A model generated the notes under the pieces. That model saw nothing but the letters and a program-made list of their open reading frames with translations. It did no database searches and was not told the origin of the DNA. DNA of 64,000 nt, from positions 126,048 through 190,047 of the forward strand of contig JBPQHD010000014.1 of NCBI GenBank assembly GCA_051384485.1. The letters run 5' to 3'. Below, piece after piece: positions 56,448 through 64,000 of this stretch; position 1 is the first letter of the stretch; each line of letters opens with the position of its first letter. The stretch is from Parachlamydiaceae bacterium (GTDB taxonomy: Bacteria; Chlamydiota; Chlamydiia; Chlamydiales; Parachlamydiaceae). The translations under genes were made by a program, and so were the position numbers.

Positions 56448-57049
56448 TACTTGGAGTTTTCAGTCTCAGATTCTGGTGCCGTTTCTTGTCTTGTGATCTC
56501 AGTCAGTCGTTCGATCGATGTGCGAAAATGGGAAAAAGAGGGTTTTTTGTACTGAGCAGCGGGTTCGAGGGTTAAGGGAGCCGGATGGCCTGGCAAAGCG
56601 ATTACAAAGGCCGGTTTCTCACTTAGCTTGGAAGTCAACCTTAGGAGGCCATGATTCATAGTAAACCCCTTTGAGAAAAAGGTGAGCACAAAATCATCTT
56701 CTAAGACCTTCCCACCATCATCCTCAAAGCGCAAAGAACCTATCTCCCTTAGCTCCAGTTTAGTAGGAATTAATGTTTGCTCAATCTGCCTGGTAAAAGG
56801 ATTTTTGATGCTGATCTCAGAAACAATCTTACCGTTATTTTTTTTAAAGCTGACCTCAAGGTCTCCCGAGGCTATTTGCATGATATCCTGAGCCAACCTT
56901 AATTGATTAACAACGAGGTTGGCTTCATCAAGGAAAGCCTGCTCACGCCATAGACTTCTAATACTAAACGCAAAAATACCGGTGATGAGGCTCACAATCG
57001 TTAAAGCAACCATCACCTCTACTAATGTGAAAAATTGCCTTTTAATCAT
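56447..57049 (-). CDS. Minor pseudopilin-like protein (GspH position)
   Basis: MIKRQF-FTLVEVMVALTIVSLITGIF. Confidence 0.7.
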   Translation of the reverse strand: MIKRQFFTLVEVMVALTIVSLITGIFAFSIRSLWREQAFLDEANLVVNQLRLAQDIMQIASGDLEVSFKKNNGKIVSEISIKNPFTRQIEQTLIPTKLELREIGSLRFEDDGGKVLEDDFVLTFFSKGFTMNHGLLRLTSKLSEKPAFVIALPGHPAPLTLEPAAQYKKPSFSHFRTSIERLTEITRQETAPESETENSK

Positions 57050-57432
57050 TAACGAATTATTTTTTCGTGCTTTTCAAGGCCCCTAGATGAAACTTTAATG
57101 CGACCGTCCGACTCTAGTAGGACCTCATATTCTTGTCCCCATCCATCTTTGATAAGATCTCCTGGATTCTGTACCAGAGGAGAGTTACGAACGACTTTTT
57201 GCCATACATCGCGATCTGTGATGTTATCCATTAACCCCGGGTTTTTAGCAGCCTCAAGGTTTAAAACAGCTTCAAGCTTATCGATACCTGCTTTGGTTTT
57301 AAAAACCTTTCCCTCTTCTAAGCTCCCTCTAAAGTTGACCGCTAACACACCGGTGATAAGAGCAATTAAAATCATGACAATCATGATTTCAACCAACGTA
57401 ATAAACCTTCTATTTAACTTCTTTACCTTCAT
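57049..57432 (-). CDS. gspG: Major pseudopilin GspG
   Basis: MKVKKLNRRF-ITLVEIMIVMILIALITGV and a GspG-like C-terminal region ...DGWGQEY. Located directly downstream of gspF. Confidence 0.85.
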   Translation of the reverse strand: MKVKKLNRRFITLVEIMIVMILIALITGVLAVNFRGSLEEGKVFKTKAGIDKLEAVLNLEAAKNPGLMDNITDRDVWQKVVRNSPLVQNPGDLIKDGWGQEYEVLLESDGRIKVSSRGLEKHEKIIR

Positions 57433-57441
57433 AAAGGACTC

Positions 57442-58632
57442 CTACATTTGCAATGAAAGGGATGAAATATCTGTCATGGGAAGCAAAACGGCAAGTAATA
57501 CCATACCAATCAAGGCGCCCATTACAATCAGAATAATAGGTTGCATTAAAGCCATAAGTTGATCAATGGTTTTTTCTAGGTTATTTTCATACATATCAGC
57601 AATTTTAGACAGCATTTCTACCATCCGCCCAGATTCTTCACCTACGGCAAGCATGCGGGGCACTAAATGAGGAATGAGCCGTGAGCGCCTTATCTCAGCA
57701 CTCAATGCTCCTCCTTCAACAATTTTTCCTTCAGCTCTAGAAATTTCTTCTTCGAGCAACATGTTTTGCATGACGTTCCTAGATAGCTTTAAAGCATTGA
57801 TCAGAGGCAACCCACCCTCAAGCAGGGTAGCCATTGTCCTAGAAAAGCGCGCCAAAGCAGCCTGAACCATTAATGTGCTTATCAAGGGTAGCTTCATCAT
57901 TTGCTTTTCTATCCAAATTTTACTTCTTGGCTTTCTTAATTCATAAACAATCCAAGAAACGACTCCTGCAAGGACAGGAACATAAAGCCAGTACTTTTCC
58001 CTCACAAAATGGCTAAGAGAAAGAACAAATTGTGTGTATCCATTCAGCTTTCGATCCGCAAATAACCCTTCGATAGAAGGCACGACAAACCCAAGCAATA
58101 GGATAATGGCCAAGAAGGCAAATCCTCCTAAAAGAGCAGGATAAACCATTGCATTCTTGATCGTCTTTTTTAAAGCGACTTGCTTGGTTAATAATTGGCT
58201 GAGGCGCAGTAAAACGATGTCCAAAGCGCCTGCAGCTTCTCCAGCACCAATCATGGCACAGTACAAATCATCAAAACTGTCTTTAAAATTAGACATGGCA
58301 CTAGAAAGCGTAGACCCAGCCTTAATTTGCTCACATAAACTAGCGATAATACGATGATAGGGTTCTAGCCGAGATTGCTCTTCAATAGCCAAAAGGCTTT
58401 CATAAAGGGGAATTCCTGAGCTTACTAACTGCGACAACATGACAGTAAAGGAGAGAAGCTGATCTTTAGAAAGGTTTTGTCGAAGGCCCATATTCCCTTT
58501 CGTCGTCAACCTTGTAACCATCACTCCTTGCTCGCGAAGTTTAAGCTTAGCCTCTTTTTCATCTACGGCTTCTACAAAACCCTTTCTTCGCTTACCCCTA
58601 TGGTCTAGTGCTTGGTAATAATAAACGGGCAT
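57442..58632 (-). CDS. gspF: T2SS inner-membrane platform protein GspF
   Basis: 396 aa with a duplicated GspF/PilC domain pattern (..MIGAGEAAGALD.. and ..MLAVGEESGRM..). Confidence 0.95.
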   Translation of the reverse strand: MPVYYYQALDHRGKRRKGFVEAVDEKEAKLKLREQGVMVTRLTTKGNMGLRQNLSKDQLLSFTVMLSQLVSSGIPLYESLLAIEEQSRLEPYHRIIASLCEQIKAGSTLSSAMSNFKDSFDDLYCAMIGAGEAAGALDIVLLRLSQLLTKQVALKKTIKNAMVYPALLGGFAFLAIILLLGFVVPSIEGLFADRKLNGYTQFVLSLSHFVREKYWLYVPVLAGVVSWIVYELRKPRSKIWIEKQMMKLPLISTLMVQAALARFSRTMATLLEGGLPLINALKLSRNVMQNMLLEEEISRAEGKIVEGGALSAEIRRSRLIPHLVPRMLAVGEESGRMVEMLSKIADMYENNLEKTIDQLMALMQPIILIVMGALIGMVLLAVLLPMTDISSLSLQM

Positions 58633-58637
58633 AACGG

Positions 58638-60254
58638 TTATTCCTCAAAACCACGTGTTGCCCTTAAAACTTCTGCAACAGAAGTGATCCCTTTAAGAAC
58701 CAGTTGAGATCCATGATACAGTAAGCTCTTCATCCCTGTTTCTAACGCCACCTTGCGCATCTCAATCGCATCAGGGCTCTTAACAATTTGCTTTTTAACA
58801 GCGCTGTTATCGATCATTAGTTCGTAAATACCATGTCGACCGCGATACCCCGACCCATAGCACATCGCGCATCCCTTACCTCTCCAAAGGACGCCCTGAG
58901 ATAAATCATCACGTTTTAAGCCCAGACTGCTCAATTCTCTATCTGAAGGTTCGTAAGTCTCTTTACAATCACGACAGATTTTTCTCACAAGGCGCTGAGC
59001 CATCACCCCTACGATTGTGGATGAAATAAGATAGGGCTCTACTCCCATATCGACAAGCCGTGTCACTGCCGAAGGGGCATCATTTGTGTGAAGAGTGCTT
59101 AAAACAAGGTGACCTGTTAGAGAAGCCTGAATAGCAATATTCGCTGTTTCTACATCACGAATCTCCCCGATCATAATCACATCAGGGTCCTGCCTGAGGA
59201 TATGCCTTAACCCAGTAGCAAAATCGAGATTAATTTTTGGTTGAACTCCTATTTGCGCAATCCCTTTTAAATTGTATTCTACAGGATCTTCGATCGTCAT
59301 GATATTCGTTTCATCGCTATACATTTCATTAATCGCGCTATACAGTGTTGTAGTTTTACCGCTACCGGTAGGACCTGTGACTAGAATGATCCCCTCAGGA
59401 AAGTTGATCAATCGGCGAAAGTCCTCTAATACCTCAGGCAGCATCCCGACGCGATCTAACCCAAGAATCACATTCCCACGATCTAAAATACGTAAGACAA
59501 TGCGCTCCCCACCGACAACTGGAACCGTACTGACACGAAAGTCAATTTCCCGGCGACCCATTTTCAGCTTAATTCTACCATCTTGAGGAAGCCTTCTTTC
59601 CGCAATATCTAACTTGGACATAACTTTGATACGCGTTAGAAGCTGTGCTTGATATTCTGCTGTGGGAGAATGGCGCGTTTGAAGGACACCATCAATCCGA
59701 TATCTTACCTTTAAGCCTGATTCATGAGGTTCAAAGTGAATGTCTGATGCCCCTTGCTGAATCGCTTCTGCTAACATCAAGTTCAGCAGCTTAATCATCG
59801 GAGCTTGATGCTCAACATCACTTAAAAGGTCATACACTTCAACGTCTTCATCATAGCCTTCTTCTTCCGTTTGCTCTGTTAGATTAGCAATGAGTTGGGA
59901 GGCTGCTCCATGCTCTTTATTATAACATTCATGGATAGCTAAAAGAAGATTATCCTTAGGGGTGAATACAGGCTGCACCTCTTTATTGAGAATCAGACGA
60001 AGCTCTTCTAGAGATTCAAGATCAAAAGGGTTGGCCATAGCCACTAACACGGCTTCCCCTTCCTCTTTAAATGGTAAGATTAAATGATTAGTAACAAAGG
60101 AATAGGAAATATTCCTATACAGTTCTTTTGGCAGGCTTTGATTAAGTACATCTTCATAAATAGGAATGCCAAATTTTTGGGCCATTTGACGTGTTTCAAA
60201 TTCCTCATCCCATGAGTGACCGGATTGTACGTCTATGGGCTCATCGACCATCAT
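58638..60254 (-). CDS. gspE: T2SS ATPase GspE
   Basis: Walker A GPTGSGKTTT, Asp box, Walker B IMIGEIRD, His box and tetracysteine CRDC...CAMC are present. I chose the start at ATGATG (60254), preceded by GGGGA; it overlaps the gspD stop by 14 nt. Confidence 0.95.
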   Translation of the reverse strand: MMVDEPIDVQSGHSWDEEFETRQMAQKFGIPIYEDVLNQSLPKELYRNISYSFVTNHLILPFKEEGEAVLVAMANPFDLESLEELRLILNKEVQPVFTPKDNLLLAIHECYNKEHGAASQLIANLTEQTEEEGYDEDVEVYDLLSDVEHQAPMIKLLNLMLAEAIQQGASDIHFEPHESGLKVRYRIDGVLQTRHSPTAEYQAQLLTRIKVMSKLDIAERRLPQDGRIKLKMGRREIDFRVSTVPVVGGERIVLRILDRGNVILGLDRVGMLPEVLEDFRRLINFPEGIILVTGPTGSGKTTTLYSAINEMYSDETNIMTIEDPVEYNLKGIAQIGVQPKINLDFATGLRHILRQDPDVIMIGEIRDVETANIAIQASLTGHLVLSTLHTNDAPSAVTRLVDMGVEPYLISSTIVGVMAQRLVRKICRDCKETYEPSDRELSSLGLKRDDLSQGVLWRGKGCAMCYGSGYRGRHGIYELMIDNSAVKKQIVKSPDAIEMRKVALETGMKSLLYHGSQLVLKGITSVAEVLRATRGFEE

Positions 60255-62763
60255 ATTCCCCACATGGGATGTAGATATCCTCTGGATTTGGACAAGTTTC
60301 CAAATGATGCCATTCAGGAGAATAGCAGCGATCGGGTTCTTTTCCAAATAGCATACTCATCCAGCCATCCAACAATTGCCTTTTGGCGGTTTCACGAGCA
60401 CAGGTCAACATGCACATAAATTCAGGAATGTCTCCGGGCCGGCGTAGCATTTCTTCACGCCTAATTCTTTCCAAATCACAAGCGGGATCGCTAATAATTT
60501 TAGGCGTGATGAAGATAAACATTTCAGTTGAATTATCACTGCTTTCCGTCAAACTAAATAGCTTCCCAAGCCCTGGTAATTCTCCAAGAAACGGAATAGC
60601 CTGCTTAGAATCGACACTTGTTTTTCTTCTCAAACCTCCTAAAATTACCGTTTCGCCATCGGCAACACGTGCCTGGTTTTTGATATTTCTGCGTGTCACG
60701 TCCGGCTGATTATTCACATCAGAATCTATCGTGTCAAAGGTAATATCGGAATCTAAGGTAATCGTATCATAAGCATCAGGTTCATCTTCATCCCGCATGT
60801 GAATCGTCGGAGTAATTTTGATCGTTGTACCATACTGTGCACGTTGGAATGCATCTTTTAAAGTTACCCCATTAGCCGTTTCTACTTGGAATACCCCGGT
60901 CTTAATCGAACGCTCATCCTCAATCGCAATAAAAGCAGGCGTTTGGTTGAGGGTGATCACCGAAGGACTAGAGTTAATGGAGACATCATCCTGGGTTAAT
61001 AAAAAGCGATAGATAAGGTCAAAGGCAGGCACGCCACTTGTTCTTTTGTGACTCCATAAAAAGTCAAAAATACCACTACCTAAACCCACGTTATTTGGCT
61101 GATTCCAAGTTGCACTCGCATTAGTTGCTTGTGAAGCTGCAGAACCCAACCGCAACAAGTTTAGACCAAATGTATTAGACTTATCGATCCGCTTCTCAAA
61201 CAAAAGCACTTCTAGCTGCACCATTTTTTTCGGCACATCCATCTTGCGGATTAAATCTTTTAGCTTAGGCAAAATATCTGCTTCGACCACCATGACAATA
61301 GATCCAGATTTAGGATCGACAATAAAGTTACCAAAATCAACGCGTGTTTTTTCTTGTTTTGAATTGGCTGGGAACACAAAAGCAGGGGCGACAGGAGGCA
61401 CTGGACGCTGAAAATAAGGGTCTTCTGGGTATAACTGAGCCGGCAAAGGCTGAGCTTCGGGTCCCAAGGGGGGTTGCTCAATCACTGTTCTTTGTTCAAT
61501 TGGTGGCAATGGCGATTTTCCTGGTCCGTTAGGTGAAAATTCATCCCCGTAACCATTTTCAAAACCAACACCGCTTGCTATCATTAACTCATAGACTTTG
61601 GATAGCACCTCTGCCAGTTCATCAGGATCCGAGTGCTTAGCGGCATACCAGAAAATCACCTTATCTCGTACCCCAGCCACTTGGGATTCGATCTCCTTGA
61701 TGATATCTTCTGCTTTCTTTACCTCTTCCTTTGTTCCTATCAAGAAAATCGATTGAGCAATCGCTCCAAGCGTCAGTATTTGTAATCCGTTACTTTCAGG
61801 CCCTGGAGAAAAATCTTGAGGCGCACCATCGGCTCTTCGATACACTTTGGCAGATTCTTGGACCTGGTTAAAAATGGTTTGAAGCACCTTTGCCATCTCA
61901 TCTGCAGGTACGCGGGTAAGAGTAATCGCTTTATACTCTTTTTCTCCTCTGCTGGCAGCAATAAAATCATAAAGCTTGAGAAGGTCCAGGATATCGCTTG
62001 TTTGCGCTACAATTAAGATATCTCTTCCCACTAATTGTACAGCTGTATTTTCAGGATTGGCAAAATTATTTAGAAAAAACCAGATGCGGCGAATATCCGA
62101 GGGTTCAGGAGAAATAACAAAAGCCGCTTTCGTATCTCTTGGCAAAATCTCCAAATCTTCTCTTTTCGATGTAATTAAGCGAACACCCGACCGATCTTGT
62201 CGCAAGATGTACAGTTCGCGCAAGAAGGGATTCAGCTGTCGAATACCTATTCCATTTTGTGCTAAAATCAGTTCAAGCATTTCATTCCAAGAAGCTCTTG
62301 GAATAGGCAGATTGGAATCAACGCTAATTTTAATATTAGCAATTTCAGGACGCATGATATAAACGTAGTCATAAGAGCCATAATCCACGATCAGCTGCTC
62401 GATCGTTGTTTCTGGTTGATACCATAAAGCGTAGGGTTCTGAAGAACTTTGAGAAATGGCCACCTCACGCCAGCTATTTTGCAGTTCAGCAATGTAATAG
62501 CGAAGCTCGGTAATTTTATTTAAAATTTCTTTAAATTCTTGATCACTACCATTTTTTAAATAAAGCCGATAAGCCTCCTCACTCAGCTTACGCTCCTCAG
62601 TTCTTGATTCAATCAGTTCTAAATTAACCTGGTTTAAAACCCTCTCGGTTTCCACACTCAGATCGCTGCCACTTTCTTGCAAACTGGCTTTCTTTTCGGC
62701 AATAGTTTGTGCTTCTAGATTAAGGCTAGCAAAAAATAATGCAATAAAAGGTAAGATGTACAT
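60241..62763 (-). CDS. gspD: T2SS outer-membrane secretin GspD, with lineage-specific extensions
   Basis: Signal peptide and secretin C-domain (VILGGLRRK...IPFLGELPGLGKLF) are present, plus an extra N-terminal coiled coil, a Pro-rich insert and a Cys-rich tail. Confidence 0.9.
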   Translation of the reverse strand: MYILPFIALFFASLNLEAQTIAEKKASLQESGSDLSVETERVLNQVNLELIESRTEERKLSEEAYRLYLKNGSDQEFKEILNKITELRYYIAELQNSWREVAISQSSSEPYALWYQPETTIEQLIVDYGSYDYVYIMRPEIANIKISVDSNLPIPRASWNEMLELILAQNGIGIRQLNPFLRELYILRQDRSGVRLITSKREDLEILPRDTKAAFVISPEPSDIRRIWFFLNNFANPENTAVQLVGRDILIVAQTSDILDLLKLYDFIAASRGEKEYKAITLTRVPADEMAKVLQTIFNQVQESAKVYRRADGAPQDFSPGPESNGLQILTLGAIAQSIFLIGTKEEVKKAEDIIKEIESQVAGVRDKVIFWYAAKHSDPDELAEVLSKVYELMIASGVGFENGYGDEFSPNGPGKSPLPPIEQRTVIEQPPLGPEAQPLPAQLYPEDPYFQRPVPPVAPAFVFPANSKQEKTRVDFGNFIVDPKSGSIVMVVEADILPKLKDLIRKMDVPKKMVQLEVLLFEKRIDKSNTFGLNLLRLGSAASQATNASATWNQPNNVGLGSGIFDFLWSHKRTSGVPAFDLIYRFLLTQDDVSINSSPSVITLNQTPAFIAIEDERSIKTGVFQVETANGVTLKDAFQRAQYGTTIKITPTIHMRDEDEPDAYDTITLDSDITFDTIDSDVNNQPDVTRRNIKNQARVADGETVILGGLRRKTSVDSKQAIPFLGELPGLGKLFSLTESSDNSTEMFIFITPKIISDPACDLERIRREEMLRRPGDIPEFMCMLTCARETAKRQLLDGWMSMLFGKEPDRCYSPEWHHLETCPNPEDIYIPCGEYDGR

Positions 62764-62811
62764 GATTGCCCATTTTCAATCAGGATGAATGTTCTTTTCA
62801 TGCCATTCATC

Positions 62812-64000
62812 CTAATGATTCGCTAAAGGATTAATATTGGTAGGATTTAATGATGCTGATGACTTTTCTTTAGGAAATGAAGAAAAATTAGAAGCATTCA
62901 TCTGTTTGAAGCGCGGGTTAACTCGATGTGCGTGCATTTTCTGTTCGTTGTTTGGTTGCATAAGAGTGTCCTTAACTCCAGGGTGGTTATGCTGCATGGC
63001 AATTTCTACTGTTTGCATATCCGTTCTCGCAGGATTAAACATCGTTCCAACAAGATGCGACTTTTCATCTTTTCTGACAATATCATCTAAGACAAACAGT
63101 GTTCCTGTTAACTGGCCATTAACATAATCATCGACTTCTTCTACGGTTGTCAGCTTTTTCCAGCCCCCTTCCGTTAATAACAACCAATCGTTAGGCTTAA
63201 CAATCATGCGTGTTTGGTTCACTTGAAACACACATTGAGTTCGCGTTCTTGCACCTACAAATTTAAATTCCTGGACAAGGTGCTGAGTGGGTGAATGGTC
63301 TTGACTGCGTAGAAGATTTAAAGCCACGCGGGCTTTACCTTCAATATCCCAAAGTTCTAAGTTCATCAAACGCTCATCCACTTTTTTAACGGTCATCAAT
63401 GGACGACCAACAGATAAGGGGCCCGGTTCGCAAACTGACCATCGGTGATTGTCCCATACTAGGCAATCACCAAGCTTAACAAAAATCGAATAGCCTTCTT
63501 CTCCATCATCAAAATTGATGCGCTGCTTACCAACAAGTTCAGAGTATTCCTCTCCACCATGTTTTTCAAGAAAGCGATCAGGACCAACCCACTTCGCTTT
63601 TTGTCTTGCTAACAGCGTGCCATCCACTCGCCATTTGCCAATTTCCCAAGTTTGGCCCATACTAAGTCGATTAAATTCTTTTTCTGGTAAAAAGAAATGG
63701 GCACAGTTAGAGGGCTCAGTAATAATTTTATCATTTTCATCTTTCATAAAAAGGCATAGATTGGCTCCTTTGCCTTCTGGAAATGCCTCGAACCAAAGGT
63801 TTGTTTCTACATTGTTAGCACTAAAATAGTACTTGCATGGCGATGTTTTCTTATCATAAGAAAGATAAACCTTTTCACCAGCAGCAAAAGAGTGAGTTGC
63901 CCTAAGCCCATTAAAAGTAAAATGAAGTTTTAACGAATCCTCACTCACATCGGGCCTTCCATTTTTACCGTAATAGACTAACAGGGGCCGCAAATCAGGC
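62812..64000 (-). CDS. Hypothetical protein in the gspC position (5' end beyond the window); paralogue of 44715-46013
   Basis: The frame is open to the window edge. Its first residues here, PDLRPLLVYYGKNGRPD, align with internal LLPDLRVRLSYFGSNQRPD of the paralogue. It ends 48 nt upstream of gspD on the same strand. Confidence 0.7.
   Translation of the reverse strand, partial: PDLRPLLVYYGKNGRPDVSEDSLKLHFTFNGLRATHSFAAGEKVYLSYDKKTSPCKYYFSANNVETNLWFEAFPEGKGANLCLFMKDENDKIITEPSNCAHFFLPEKEFNRLSMGQTWEIGKWRVDGTLLARQKAKWVGPDRFLEKHGGEEYSELVGKQRINFDDGEEGYSIFVKLGDCLVWDNHRWSVCEPGPLSVGRPLMTVKKVDERLMNLELWDIEGKARVALNLLRSQDHSPTQHLVQEFKFVGARTRTQCVFQVNQTRMIVKPNDWLLLTEGGWKKLTTVEEVDDYVNGQLTGTLFVLDDIVRKDEKSHLVGTMFNPARTDMQTVEIAMQHNHPGVKDTLMQPNNEQKMHAHRVNPRFKQMNASNFSSFPKEKSSASLNPTNINPLANH

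Noticed and set aside
57098-57562. 154-aa plus-strand ORF spanning the gspG/gspF junction, plus other antisense ORFs within gspF, gspE, gspD and sufS (for example 27219-27617 and 59272-59586).
   Set aside because: All are embedded antisense to strongly supported genes. They have Ser/Arg/Pro-rich shadow-frame composition.
60255-60347. Longest-ORF start of gspE at 60347 (31 extra residues).
   Set aside because: That start would overlap gspD by 107 nt. The ATGATG at 60254, preceded by GGGGA, gives a typical short overlap. The extra residues show no GspE-like sequence.
1-64000. I looked for CRISPR arrays, IS elements, transposases, integrases, prophage genes and rRNA.
   Set aside because: I saw no regularly spaced direct repeats and no DDE or tyrosine-recombinase-like ORFs. 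I recognised no rRNA-like sequence in the non-coding stretches. The only tandem repeats are the 2 x 21-bp unit at 13920-13961 and the leucine-codon run in sctJ.

Overview
This 64-kb window (about 40% GC by eye) is densely coded on both strands. It almost certainly comes from a member of the Chlamydiota outside the Chlamydiaceae, such as an amoeba-associated or environmental chlamydia. As far as I recall the C. trachomatis map, the gene order reproduces several conserved chlamydial blocks. These are: lpdA-lipA followed by the T3SS sub-cluster sctJ/CT560-like/sctL/sctR/sctS/sctT; amiA-murE-ftsI-ftsL-rsmH followed by a small-protein/TPR pair and then dnaA; a T2SS operon of gspD-E-F-G plus four pseudopilin-like genes; sufBCDS; psd and secA; and ruvC-ruvA, nth and mnmE. 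There is one tRNA-Arg(CCU). I saw no rRNA, CRISPR array, transposase or integrase. Accessory or lineage-specific genes sit between the conserved blocks, and these are the most interesting part. (1) An uncharacterised protein family occupies the gspC slot directly upstream of gspD, with a full-length paralogue 17 kb away. All four pseudopilins lack the canonical Gly(-1) prepilin cleavage residue. (2) A truncated SctJ-like ring-building-motif lipoprotein, a eukaryote-type GT7 beta-1,4-galactosyltransferase-like enzyme and a HEAT-repeat protein are inserted between lipA and sctJ. (3) A tandem pair of Inc-like (bilobed hydrophobic) genes follows sctT, and one copy is frameshifted. (4) There are several candidate effectors: a CX5R (CKQSMDRG) phosphatase-like membrane protein, a 583-aa orphan with a PARP-like H...Y...Y spacing, and a BTB/POZ-like mini-protein. 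(5) An orphan Wza/Wzc-like polysaccharide export pair has a Wzc ATPase/kinase module that looks degenerate. (6) Two coding deserts of 1.0-1.4 kb look like decayed genes. All functional calls rest on motifs read by eye from the supplied translations; no database search was possible.
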